DNA of 64,000 nucleotides from Acidimicrobiia bacterium (GTDB taxonomy: Bacteria > Actinomycetota > Acidimicrobiia > Actinomarinales > Actinomarinaceae). The stretch covers positions 1,201-65,200 of the forward strand of contig JAONAZ010000004.1 in NCBI GenBank assembly GCA_028376655.1, given 5' to 3'. Position 1 is the first letter of the stretch. Every line of letters begins with the position of its first letter. Positions 46,922 through 56,109 of this stretch are shown one piece after another. The translations under genes were made by a program, and so were the position numbers. Below the pieces are notes generated by a model that was given only the letters and a program-made list of their open reading frames with translations, had not been told where the DNA came from and searched no databases.

Positions 46922-47689
46922 GTGAAAGAAGCATTAATAAACCAAGAACCTAAATGGGTAGACACGCATTGCCATCTTCAATTGACTGATTATGATTTAA
47001 CTGATTTAGATTATGCTTCATTGGAGTATCTAATCATTCCAGGCGTTGATGTCTCCTCATCTATAAAAGCAAAGAATATTTCAACTCGATTACCTGTTAA
47101 GGCTTACTGGGCTGCTGGTCTACATCCTCATGATGCAAAAAATCTTCATGAGCAAAAAGATGAATTATTGAATCTAATCCAGGAAGCAGATTTAATTGGA
47201 GAGACAGGGTTAGATTACTACAGGGATCATTCCACCCGCGAAGAGCAGCATGAAAATCTTACATTTCACCTTGAGCAGGCTAAAAAATTAAGAAAACCCA
47301 TTATTATTCATTGTCGAGATAGTTTCAAAGACACCTTTGAATTACTAAGTAAATACGAAGGTGAGTTTCCAGTAATACTTCACTCTTGGACTGGTGGAAA
47401 TAACTGGACTAAAAAATTCATTGAATTAGATGTATATTTTTCATTATCCGGAATCCTCACATATGAGACGGCTAAAGATTTAAAACTTTCAGTCAAAAAA
47501 ATACCAATGAATCGATTACTCCTGGAGACAGATACACCATATTTAGCCCCAGGCATTCATAAAGGACAACTGAATAAACCAGAATTTATAGTAGAAACTG
47601 CCAAAGAGTTAGCAAGTCTAAAAGAGATAACGCTTAATGAATTATCTGAATTAACGATTAAGAATACAAATACTATATTGGGTAAATAG
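46922..47689 (+). CDS. tatD: TatD-family metal-dependent hydrolase
   Basis: WVDTHCHL N-terminal metal motif, plus GETGLDYY, IIHCRD and ETDTPYLAP. GTG start. Confidence 0.9.
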   Translation: MKEALINQEPKWVDTHCHLQLTDYDLTDLDYASLEYLIIPGVDVSSSIKAKNISTRLPVKAYWAAGLHPHDAKNLHEQKDELLNLIQEADLIGETGLDYYRDHSTREEQHENLTFHLEQAKKLRKPIIIHCRDSFKDTFELLSKYEGEFPVILHSWTGGNNWTKKFIELDVYFSLSGILTYETAKDLKLSVKKIPMNRLLLETDTPYLAPGIHKGQLNKPEFIVETAKELASLKEITLNELSELTIKNTNTILGK

Positions 47690-47694
47690 AAAAT

Positions 47695-48486
47695 ATGAGT
47701 GAAGCATACTGGATTAAAAAAATGGAGGACAAGCCTAATTTTAAATTAGGACAAAATTTCCTTCTAGACACAAACATCTCTCGTAAAATAACAAAATTAG
47801 TTCAAGGACAACTCGCAGATCCAATCGTAGAAATCGGTCCAGGTACAGGATCTCTAACAAATGAATTACTTAAAGATAATTATCGAATAAAAGCTATAGA
47901 AATTGATAAAAATTTAGCTGCTATTACAGAAGAGCGTTTTTCTGAAGTCCCAAACATAGAAGTCATTAATCAGGATGCAATGGAGTATGACTACTCTCAG
48001 TTAACAGGACCTTGGTGGATTCTAGTTTCAAACCTTCCATATTACATAGGGACTCGACTACTTGTTAAGTTAATAACTGAGGTTCCAGTTATTCATCGCT
48101 ATGTTGTCATGGTGCAAAAAGAAGTAGCAGAAAGAATTACAGCACAACCAGGTACTAAAGAATATGGGGCATTATCTGTAGTCTGCTCGTTATTCGCAAC
48201 ACCAAAACATCAGTTCGACGTGAGTAAACATTGTTTCAGTCCTGTACCAAAAATTACCTCTAGTGTTATTACCCTTCAAAGGGAGACGCTATTTGATGAA
48301 GAAGATCGTTTAGAAGCTTTTCGTCTCTCTAAAATTGCTTTTCAGCAAAAAAGAAAAAAAGTAAAATCTGCGTTACAAGATTTTTTTAGTGTTGAGGACT
48401 TGGAGCAATTAGGAATAAACCCTGATGACAGACCGCAAAATTTATCACCAGAACAATATTTAGAATTAGCAAAGAGCTTAAATTGA
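47695..48486 (+). CDS. rsmA: 16S rRNA dimethyladenosine transferase
   Basis: LGQNFLLDTNI, EIGPGTGSLT (SAM site) and SNLPYYI motifs. Confidence 0.93.
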   Translation: MSEAYWIKKMEDKPNFKLGQNFLLDTNISRKITKLVQGQLADPIVEIGPGTGSLTNELLKDNYRIKAIEIDKNLAAITEERFSEVPNIEVINQDAMEYDYSQLTGPWWILVSNLPYYIGTRLLVKLITEVPVIHRYVVMVQKEVAERITAQPGTKEYGALSVVCSLFATPKHQFDVSKHCFSPVPKITSSVITLQRETLFDEEDRLEAFRLSKIAFQQKRKKVKSALQDFFSVEDLEQLGINPDDRPQNLSPEQYLELAKSLN

Positions 48487-49313
48487 AAATTTTTTCATCT
48501 GCAAAGATAAATCTTAATTTAACAGTAAATACCGAAATCATACAAGATTTACATACCCTATCTTCATTGATGATTCCAATTTCACTTTATGATGAAATCA
48601 AAATAAGAGAAATAGAGGATGATAAAGATATTATTGAATTTCATTCTGAAGTTCCGATAAACGAAAACTCTACAATTCATAAATCACTGCAATATTTAAG
48701 AGAGGAAAATGATTTTAAGCAGAGATTTCATATCACAGTTCATAAAAATATCCCCATTGAAGCAGGCTTGGGAGGAGGTAGTTCTGATGCTGGAAGTATC
48801 ATCAAATTTTTAAGTACAAAATATAAATTACAAACTCCAAATTTAATTAAAATCGCCAACAGCATTGGAAGTGATGTGCCGTTTTTTATTGATGGTTTAG
48901 CTGCAACAGTATCTGGGTATGGTGAAATCCTTCATCCTATAAATTTAGAAGAACCAATGCACCTTCTTATCGCTACACCTTACGAGAAATTATCCACTGC
49001 ACGAGTTTTTCAAGAGTTTGATAATCAAATTGATACTCATCACACGGAATTTTCAATACATAATGGGATTGAAATTAAAAATAATCTGTGGAAACCTGCA
49101 TTCACCCTTGAACCTAAACTGTTAGACCATAAAAACTATCTTGAAAGTGTGACAAATAAAGAGTTCATTATGTCGGGAAGTGGTACAACCTTATTTTGCA
49201 TAGGAGATGAGAAAGATCTTATTTCACAAAAACAAAATATCGATATTAAGAGATTTAGATTAGTAGCTTTAACAAAAAAAATTGATTGTAGCTTGTTACA
49301 AGAAGAACATTAG
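48483..49313 (+). CDS. ispE: 4-diphosphocytidyl-2-C-methyl-D-erythritol kinase
   Basis: AKINLNL N-terminus and the GHMP kinase motif IPIEAGLGGGSSDAG. Confidence 0.9.
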   Translation: MKIFSSAKINLNLTVNTEIIQDLHTLSSLMIPISLYDEIKIREIEDDKDIIEFHSEVPINENSTIHKSLQYLREENDFKQRFHITVHKNIPIEAGLGGGSSDAGSIIKFLSTKYKLQTPNLIKIANSIGSDVPFFIDGLAATVSGYGEILHPINLEEPMHLLIATPYEKLSTARVFQEFDNQIDTHHTEFSIHNGIEIKNNLWKPAFTLEPKLLDHKNYLESVTNKEFIMSGSGTTLFCIGDEKDLISQKQNIDIKRFRLVALTKKIDCSLLQEEH

Positions 49314-49331
49314 AATAATCCATAAGGTCAA

Positions 49332-49403
49332 TGGGAGATGGTGTAATTGGCAACACATTTGGTTTTGGTCCAAACGTTGAGGGTTCGAGTCCTTCTCTCC
49401 CAG
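49332..49403 (+). tRNA. tRNA-Gln (anticodon UUG)
   Basis: Hand-folded cloverleaf. Acceptor UGGGAGA/UCUCCCA, D stem GUGU/ACAC, anticodon stem UUUGG/CCAAA with loop UU-UUG-GU, T arm GAGGG-UUCGAGU-CCUUC, and discriminator G. CCA is not encoded. Confidence 0.92.
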
Positions 49404-49411
49404 CAAAATAA

Positions 49412-50785
49412 ATGAAAGTAACTGGAGTCATATTAGCAGCAGGTAAAGGGACTCGAATGAAGTCTGACTTACCTAAGGTTTTACATTCTGTTTTGGGGAA
49501 ACCAATGATTGCATATGGGCAAAATGCAATTAAGCATTTAAATAGAAAATACGTAGTTGTTGGACATAAATCAGAATTAGTAATTGAGGAACTAGAATCA
49601 GGCTTTCAATCTGTTCTTCAAAAAGAACAGCTTGGTACTGGACACGCAGTTGTCACACTTCTTAATAGTGATGAGTTTAATCATGACGATTCAGATTATA
49701 TTGTAATAATACCTGGAGATGTTCCACTGCTTATTAAAGAGGACATTGATTCTTTAATTACACAGTCACTAGAGACAAAAGCAGCATTAGGAATTATTAC
49801 TGCTGAGATATTCAATCCAGAAGGATACGGCAGAATCATTAGAAAAGATGGGACTATTGCAAGAATTGTTGAACAAGCAGACTCTACTGAGGATGAGCAA
49901 CAGATTAATGAAGTTAACTCAGGTATGTATTGTTTTAATAAAAAATTTCTAAGAGACAATATTACAAATCTTGATACCAACAATGAACAGAATGAAATTT
50001 ATCTAACTGATTTAATTGAGATAGCTTTTCAAAATAATTTAGATACAGTTATAGTAAAAGTAAGTGAAGATACTATTAAAGGTGTGAACTCCATGAGTCA
50101 ATTAAATGACGTTGAGCAGACTTTAAGAGATAAATTAATAAACTTACATATGGAAAATGGTGTCTATATTCAGGATTCATCAACTACTTATATTGACGAA
50201 GGTGTAGTTATTAAACCAGGTTCTAGAATAATGGCAAATACGCACATTACGGGAGCAACAGAAATTCATGAAAATTGCATTGTTGGGCCAAACACAATGA
50301 TTAATAACTCGAGCATTGGTAGTGATTCAACAATTATCTCTTCAGTTTTAGATGGAGTTACACTCAAAGGTGCAGCAACTATAGGCCCTTATGCTCACTT
50401 AAGAAAAGGTTCAGTGCTTGAATCGAATGTAAAAGTAGGAGCATTTGCTGAAACAAAAAATTCAAATATTGGAAAAGGAAGTAAAATTCCTCATCTTGCA
50501 TATGTTGGAGATGCTGACCTTGATGAGAATGTTAATTTTTCAGCTGGCTCCATAACTGTAAACTATGATGGCAAGAATAAACACAGAACAGATATTAAAA
50601 AAGACGCTTTTATTGGTTCCGATGTAATGCTCGTAGCGCCAATAACAGTTGGAGAAGGTGCCATGATTGGTGCGGGTTCAGTCATAACAAAAGATGTACC
50701 ACCCAAAGCTTTGGGAATTGAGAGAAACCAGCAAAAAAATATTGATGGATATATGGATCGAAAAACACCAAAGGATAAGAATTGA
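49412..50785 (+). CDS. glmU: Bifunctional GlcNAc-1-phosphate uridyltransferase / GlcN-1-phosphate acetyltransferase
   Basis: ILAAGKGTRMKSDLPKVLH N-terminus and C-terminal hexapeptide-repeat domain. Size is 457 aa. Confidence 0.93.
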   Translation: MKVTGVILAAGKGTRMKSDLPKVLHSVLGKPMIAYGQNAIKHLNRKYVVVGHKSELVIEELESGFQSVLQKEQLGTGHAVVTLLNSDEFNHDDSDYIVIIPGDVPLLIKEDIDSLITQSLETKAALGIITAEIFNPEGYGRIIRKDGTIARIVEQADSTEDEQQINEVNSGMYCFNKKFLRDNITNLDTNNEQNEIYLTDLIEIAFQNNLDTVIVKVSEDTIKGVNSMSQLNDVEQTLRDKLINLHMENGVYIQDSSTTYIDEGVVIKPGSRIMANTHITGATEIHENCIVGPNTMINNSSIGSDSTIISSVLDGVTLKGAATIGPYAHLRKGSVLESNVKVGAFAETKNSNIGKGSKIPHLAYVGDADLDENVNFSAGSITVNYDGKNKHRTDIKKDAFIGSDVMLVAPITVGEGAMIGAGSVITKDVPPKALGIERNQQKNIDGYMDRKTPKDKN

Positions 50786-51759
50786 TCGAACAAACAAGCA
50801 AAAAAAAGATGCTGTTATTTGCAGGTTCCTCCAATCCAAAACTTGCTGAAAAAGTTGCTAGTGAATTAGGAACTTCCTTAGCCTTAGTTGACAAGAAACA
50901 GTTTGCAAGTGGAGAGATTTATATAAGACTAGAAGAAAGTGCCAGAGGGGCCGATTGTTTCGTTATGCAAAGTCATTCAGCCGATGTTAATTTTACCATT
51001 ATGGAGCAACTGTTACTTGTAGATGCTTTAAAAAGGGCTTCAGCTAAAAGAATTACTGCTGTTTTGCCATTTTATCCATATTCAAGACAAGATAAAAAAG
51101 CATTACCTAGAGAGCCTATTTCTGCAAGATTAATTGGTGACTTATTTATCACCGCTGGTGCAGATAGGCTGGTATCTATCGATCTCCACACACAGCAGAT
51201 ACAGGGATTTATTGATGAACCTTTCGATCACCTGACAGCGTTACCTTTATTTGTTAACCATTTCAAAGATAAATTTGAAGAGCCTGTTTCTGTCATATCA
51301 CCAGACGCTGGTGGTGTTAAAAGAGCCACTACGTTTGCTAAACATCTAGAAGCATATGTCGGATTTGTCCATAAAAAGAGAGATCCAAAAATACATAATG
51401 TCGTAGAAGCCTTTACCGTTATTGGTGAAGTTGAAGGTAGGCATGCCATTTTAGTAGATGATATTATCGATACAGGTGGAACCATCGCGGCTGCTGCAAA
51501 CATTCTTAAAGAAAAAGGAGCAAAAACCGTAAGTGTTGTAGCTACTCATGGTATATTCTCAGACCTTTCAGTAGGGAATTTAAAAAATGCACCTATTGAT
51601 GAAATAATTACAACAGATACGTTAGCTCAAAACGGAAACATCAAAGAGATTGGAAATGTAACTGTCCTTTCAGTTTCCTCAATAATCGCAAATGCATTAA
51701 CATCTATATTTGCAGATGATTCAGTGTCAGCACTATTCATGGGCGAAAACGTTTTATAG
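50782..51759 (+). CDS. prs: Ribose-phosphate pyrophosphokinase
   Basis: PYSRQDKK and VDDIIDTGGT PRPP-binding motifs. Overlaps glmU by 4 nt. Confidence 0.93.
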   Translation: MIEQTSKKKMLLFAGSSNPKLAEKVASELGTSLALVDKKQFASGEIYIRLEESARGADCFVMQSHSADVNFTIMEQLLLVDALKRASAKRITAVLPFYPYSRQDKKALPREPISARLIGDLFITAGADRLVSIDLHTQQIQGFIDEPFDHLTALPLFVNHFKDKFEEPVSVISPDAGGVKRATTFAKHLEAYVGFVHKKRDPKIHNVVEAFTVIGEVEGRHAILVDDIIDTGGTIAAAANILKEKGAKTVSVVATHGIFSDLSVGNLKNAPIDEIITTDTLAQNGNIKEIGNVTVLSVSSIIANALTSIFADDSVSALFMGENVL

Positions 51760-51768
51760 GGAGAAAAA

Positions 51769-51996
51769 ATGGCTAAAAGACAAAAAGTAAAAATTTCACT
51801 ACAAGCATCATTAAAAGAATACGAATTTGAGATAGAAGATAAAAAAAAGTTTACAGCTGAAATCGAAGCACTTATTAAAGAGCAAGGCATTTATTGGTTT
51901 ACAGATGAAGATGGGCAAGTAGGCATCAACACTCTTAATATAAATTCAATTGAGTTTTCTGAAGAGGAAGTAAAAAGAGAAGCAGGATTAGTTTAG
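51769..51996 (+). CDS. DUF3107-like small conserved actinobacterial protein
   Basis: 75 aa. The pattern VKISLQASLKEYEFEIEDK...FTDEDGQVGINTLNINSIEFSEEE matches my recollection of the DUF3107 family. Confidence 0.6.
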   Translation: MAKRQKVKISLQASLKEYEFEIEDKKKFTAEIEALIKEQGIYWFTDEDGQVGINTLNINSIEFSEEEVKREAGLV

Positions 51997-52277
51997 AAGT
52001 TTAAAAGTGATCCGCTTTTTCTATATTCTCTACGGATAGATTTTCTCTCTTCTTCGGTAGCACCACCCCATATACCAGAATCTTGATTTGTGCGGATAGC
52101 GTATTCGAGACAGTCAACTTTTACAACACATTCATTGCAAACAGCTTTTGCTTCATTAGATTGTTTAATAGCTTTCATAGAAGAGCCAACAGGAAAGAAC
52201 AGTTCGGTGTTAGCATAAACACATGAACCTTCTTCCATCCAGGCTTCTTGCTCTAGATCAAAATTTAATATTTGCAC
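51993..52277 (-). CDS. whiB: WhiB-family Fe-S transcriptional regulator (WhiB1-like)
   Basis: Four Cys in WhiB spacing (SCVYANTELFFP ... CNECVVKVDC = C-x2-C-x5-C), a GIWGG turn and a basic C-terminus. GTG start in the track; Met14 (52238) is an alternative. Confidence 0.9.
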   Translation of the reverse strand: MQILNFDLEQEAWMEEGSCVYANTELFFPVGSSMKAIKQSNEAKAVCNECVVKVDCLEYAIRTNQDSGIWGGATEEERKSIRREYRKSGSLLNF

Positions 52278-52291
52278 ATCATTCCTTACTT

Positions 52292-52307
52292 TGTGAAAAC
52301 TTTCACA
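52292..52307. promoter_or_regulatory. Perfect CRP/GlxR-type palindrome TGTGA-N6-TCACA upstream of whiB
   Basis: tTGTGAaaacttTCACAa, read directly. The site centre is about 22 nt upstream of the GTG at 52277 and about 61 nt upstream of the alternative ATG at 52238. Confidence 0.5.
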
Positions 52308-52344
52308 ATCTATTGTAGTAACCTGTAAGAGTTAGGGAAGTATT

Positions 52345-53001
52345 TTGACATTTATTTTTGGACACAGAGGACTACCTCAGATTTATAGAGAAAACTCCAT
52401 TGAGAGTTTGAATAAAGCATTTGAGTATTGCGATTTTGTCGAGACTGACCTCAGGATTACTAAAGATCAAAACATTATTTTTCATCATGATTCGTTCATT
52501 AAAGGTTTTTTTATACAGGATTTGACACTAAATGAGATAGAACTTTTACTTCCTGATATCGATCTTAATGATATGATTTTTAATTCAAGGGAGCAGCTCA
52601 ATGGAAATGTTAATTTTGAAATAAAAACAGACGATACTGATAAAGAGCAAGTTGAGATTCTCATGAAGAAAATTATTGATATGACAAATTATAAAGACAT
52701 TGTTTCGTCTTTTAACTGGGAGACAATTCATAATTATAAAAATAGTTTTAATTGTCGTTATGGCATTATTTTAGATAACGAAGATGATCTTTTTGAAGCT
52801 AAGGCAATTTCAAATCATGATGAGCAGATGATGTTTATGGTTAGTAATAATGTCATCAATAGTCGAAACTTTAATCTCCCTTATGAAAGATCTGTGGTGT
52901 GGACTGTTAATAATGAGAACGAATTTCAGAGGTTAATGGAATTAGGCTTATATGGAATCATCACGGATATTCCTGATACAATGCAGTTATATAAAAAGTA
53001 G
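52345..53001 (+). CDS. Glycerophosphodiester phosphodiesterase family protein
   Basis: FGHRGLP...ENS...ETDLRITKD N-terminal GDPD motifs. TTG start. Size is 218 aa. Confidence 0.75.
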   Translation: MTFIFGHRGLPQIYRENSIESLNKAFEYCDFVETDLRITKDQNIIFHHDSFIKGFFIQDLTLNEIELLLPDIDLNDMIFNSREQLNGNVNFEIKTDDTDKEQVEILMKKIIDMTNYKDIVSSFNWETIHNYKNSFNCRYGIILDNEDDLFEAKAISNHDEQMMFMVSNNVINSRNFNLPYERSVVWTVNNENEFQRLMELGLYGIITDIPDTMQLYKK

Positions 53002-53007
53002 GAAATA

Positions 53008-53454
53008 ATGGCAGTAACAGATGATTTAAGTTCCTCTCTTAAAGAGGCGATGAAAGCAAAAGATAAAACTAAGTTAAATGCTATCAGGCAGATTCAGACT
53101 GAGATAGCAAAGAAAAAAGCTGAAAAAGGCGAGGAAGCTACAGATGAATTAGCTCTTGGTGTGATATCTTCGTATGTAAAAAAAATGACGAAGGCTGTAG
53201 AGGAGTATAAGTCACTTGGTGAAAGAGGAGAAGATATGGCTAATCAGATACAGCTTGAGATTGACTTTCTTAGTGATTGGCTTCCAGAGCAACTTAGTGA
53301 AAAAGATGTAGCAAAACTTGTTGACGAAGTTTTAGCTGATCTTGGTGAAGTTGACATGTCCCAGATGGGAAGAATTATTGGAGCGGTCATGGCTAAGGGC
53401 GATGGAATAGACGGCTCTATTGTTAGTAAATTAGTAAGGGAAAAAATAACCTAA
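53008..53454 (+). CDS. GatB/YqeY domain protein
   Basis: 148 aa with LKEAMKAKDKTKLNAIRQIQTEI and a C-terminal GRIIGAVMAKGDG...DGSIVSKLVRE, typical of YqeY. Confidence 0.85.
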   Translation: MAVTDDLSSSLKEAMKAKDKTKLNAIRQIQTEIAKKKAEKGEEATDELALGVISSYVKKMTKAVEEYKSLGERGEDMANQIQLEIDFLSDWLPEQLSEKDVAKLVDEVLADLGEVDMSQMGRIIGAVMAKGDGIDGSIVSKLVREKIT

Positions 53455-53497
53455 AAATATTTGAACAAGAAAACTTTCTAACCTACTATTTACCAAT

Positions 53498-56062
53498 ATG
53501 GATTGGAACAAACATTTCTATTCTCTTTTTTCTTTAATAATATTTATAGTAATTATTGTTTCTTGTGTAAATATAGATTCCAGTAGCGTACTAACTGACG
53601 ACATTGCATATTATGACGATACTACCGGGTGCACTTCAAACAACTATGAACAAAATGACTTTTTAATTGTACAAAATATTCAAATGTTCCTAACTAATGA
53701 ATCATATTTTAATGGTCCATTAAACAATATGTTTGATTCAAAACTTGAAAATAGTTTAAAAAACTTCCAAAAAGCTATGGGAATAAGAATTGATGGAATA
53801 ATTGGTCCCACAACCCACAAAGCCATGCAAAAGTATGATTCATGCACTAAAAAATCAAATATAAATTACATTATTTGTTTCAATGGGGACTACAGGGCGT
53901 ACAAGCAATGTACTGGCCCAAGTAAAAATTACATATCAGAATCGGTAGTCATTTCCGAAGCTATATCTACTTCTGAAGATATTTCAGATAAAAAAGATTG
54001 TGATGATGGTGGAAAGATGTGGCATGGAGAAATAGGTACTCTTTGGAATGCTATGGGAGAATCTACTACTTACAAAAATTGTGATGAGCACAGATTAGCA
54101 AAAAATGCTGGATTTGATTTTATTGAACTGCCCATACCAGGAGTTACACCGGGTGTAGGTCTTGGTGGCCCTTCAAGTCCTTCAAGTCCCTCAAGTCCTT
54201 CGATTTCACCAACAATTAACAATCTAGGAAGTGCAATTTCAATTGCAGAAAATCAAAAAGCTGTTGTAGCAATCTCTGCAACAGGAACAGGTAGTTTGAC
54301 ATATTCATTATCTGGTACAGATTCAAGATTAATGAGTGTCGATACTAGTGGTGTTATTACATTAAACTCTGATGCTGATTATGAGCAAAAAACCTCATAC
54401 GCAGCAAATGCAATTGCCACAAACAGCGTAGGGTCAGCAACAAAGGCATTTACTGTAAATATCACTGATGTTACTGAAAAATATACTGTGAATACTTTGA
54501 TCGTTTATGATATAGACAATCTTGTAGATGGCAATAGTGCTTATGACTCTGTATCTGAGCTGACAAGTTATATGACTAACACAGTTGTGCCTGCACAAAA
54601 TACTATGCTTACCAATAGCGGAGTTACTAACTTAGAAATCGCCTTTACAGGCCTTTATCACTGGACTCTTGCTGAAGCTACTTATGCTGGTTCGCCATAC
54701 AATAGTGCAACAACAAAAATTAGTTTAGACTTTGACGTGTATAAGGAAAAAATTAAAAAAGGTGCGGATAGTTTAGGGGCTTATCTTCCAGGAAATGGGA
54801 ATAGTTCAGTTGTGTGGGATGACACAACAAAAAGAAGGAATGCACCATTTGTAATGTCTAGTAGCTTAAGTTTCGCCACAGGAAAAATTTATGGTCATGA
54901 GTGGGGACACTCGATAGGACTAGTTCATTCAAGAAATCAGTCGAGTAGTCCAGCTGAAACAGGGGATGGCATTACGGACTATGCCCACGGTTACTATGTA
55001 AGTAGCGGAAATACTTTTTCTACAACTATGGGTTATGGTTTTGTTGGATGTGGAATATATTCAAATCCAGATTTAACATGTGCAGGTGATGACGATGATA
55101 CTTTTTTTGTAGATGATAATGATGGGACAGAAGGGTCTCAAGCTGCTGGTGAAGCAAATGTTTCTGATTCTTCGAGGGTACTACAAGAGTATGCACATGA
55201 ATATGAAAGACTAGGTGCAGAAACAAATTACGGTGTAAGTGTTGGTGACTTTTCTGTTAAATCAAATGCTCACTTTCCTTTAATACATAATGGAACAGCA
55301 TCGTATAGTTTTACAGAGTCAATATCTGAAACGTCTAGCGGAACAAAAACTATGTATGTAAAAAAAGGAAGCAATGTAACAATAAGTGGAACGGAGTATG
55401 AAAGTTATACCTGGTGTGATAACTCAAGTTGTGATCTTGATGTTACTGCAAGTTATGAAAGCCAGTCTGGCCATAAAATAGGTTTTGAAATATTAGTAAA
55501 CAGTGGAAATTATTATCTTAATAAAGTTGGTTGGAGTGGCATTTTTAGCACACAAAAAGTTACTGGAAGCAGGAATCATTATGACAGACATTTTGAAGCA
55601 CCATGCTTGTTTATTAGCCACTATATGAAAACAGGACAATACAATGAAGCAGATTGTTCAACAAGATACGCACATCAAAATGTTTATGGAACTTCTTATA
55701 CAGATACTTGGAGTTTCACTAATAATGTAAAAAAGGAATTAGTTGTTACCCCTTATGGGGCATATGACGCCTATAAATATACACATTCCGAATTAAGCCT
55801 TACAGGTTCTTTTGATCCTGATGGTGCCGTTCAGGTTCTAAAATTCTGGTTCAGTCCTGAAGTTGGACTTTTAATGTTTGAAGATGAACTAATGAGAAGA
55901 TGGAAATTAACAGCTGTAGATACAGATGGTGATGGAACGGATAACGCCTCCGATACAGATGATGATGGAGATGGTGTATTAGACACTGTTGATGCTTTCC
56001 CCCTTGATCCAAACGCTTCTGCCGATGCTGATGATGATGGGATAGCTGACGGAGACGAGTAA
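53498..56062 (+). CDS. Multidomain lipoprotein: PG_binding_1 + cadherin-like repeat + metzincin protease + C-terminal Asp-rich calcium-binding (TSP3-like) repeats
   Basis: Lipobox IVSC. PG-binding motif IQMFLTNESYFNGPLNNMFDSKLENSLKNFQKAMGIRIDGIIGPTTHKAM. (PSS)n linker. Cadherin-like ISIAENQKAVVAISATGTGSLTYSLSG...VITLNSDADYEQK...FTVNITDV. Metzincin signature HEWGHSIGLVH (54896-54928). C-terminal DTDGDGTDNASDTDDDGDGVLDTVDAFPLDPNASADADDDGIADGDE. Confidence 0.8.
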   Translation: MDWNKHFYSLFSLIIFIVIIVSCVNIDSSSVLTDDIAYYDDTTGCTSNNYEQNDFLIVQNIQMFLTNESYFNGPLNNMFDSKLENSLKNFQKAMGIRIDGIIGPTTHKAMQKYDSCTKKSNINYIICFNGDYRAYKQCTGPSKNYISESVVISEAISTSEDISDKKDCDDGGKMWHGEIGTLWNAMGESTTYKNCDEHRLAKNAGFDFIELPIPGVTPGVGLGGPSSPSSPSSPSISPTINNLGSAISIAENQKAVVAISATGTGSLTYSLSGTDSRLMSVDTSGVITLNSDADYEQKTSYAANAIATNSVGSATKAFTVNITDVTEKYTVNTLIVYDIDNLVDGNSAYDSVSELTSYMTNTVVPAQNTMLTNSGVTNLEIAFTGLYHWTLAEATYAGSPYNSATTKISLDFDVYKEKIKKGADSLGAYLPGNGNSSVVWDDTTKRRNAPFVMSSSLSFATGKIYGHEWGHSIGLVHSRNQSSSPAETGDGITDYAHGYYVSSGNTFSTTMGYGFVGCGIYSNPDLTCAGDDDDTFFVDDNDGTEGSQAAGEANVSDSSRVLQEYAHEYERLGAETNYGVSVGDFSVKSNAHFPLIHNGTASYSFTESISETSSGTKTMYVKKGSNVTISGTEYESYTWCDNSSCDLDVTASYESQSGHKIGFEILVNSGNYYLNKVGWSGIFSTQKVTGSRNHYDRHFEAPCLFISHYMKTGQYNEADCSTRYAHQNVYGTSYTDTWSFTNNVKKELVVTPYGAYDAYKYTHSELSLTGSFDPDGAVQVLKFWFSPEVGLLMFEDELMRRWKLTAVDTDGDGTDNASDTDDDGDGVLDTVDAFPLDPNASADADDDGIADGDE
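54170..54202 (+). repeat. 9-nt tandem repeat (ccttcaagt x ~3.6) encoding a (PSS)n linker
   Basis: Read directly: ccttcaagt ccttcaagt ccctcaagt ccttcg. Confidence 0.7.
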
Positions 56063-56109
56063 TAAAATTCTTGTTGTTTCAAAATAAATAACATTTATCC
56101 TTACTAAAT

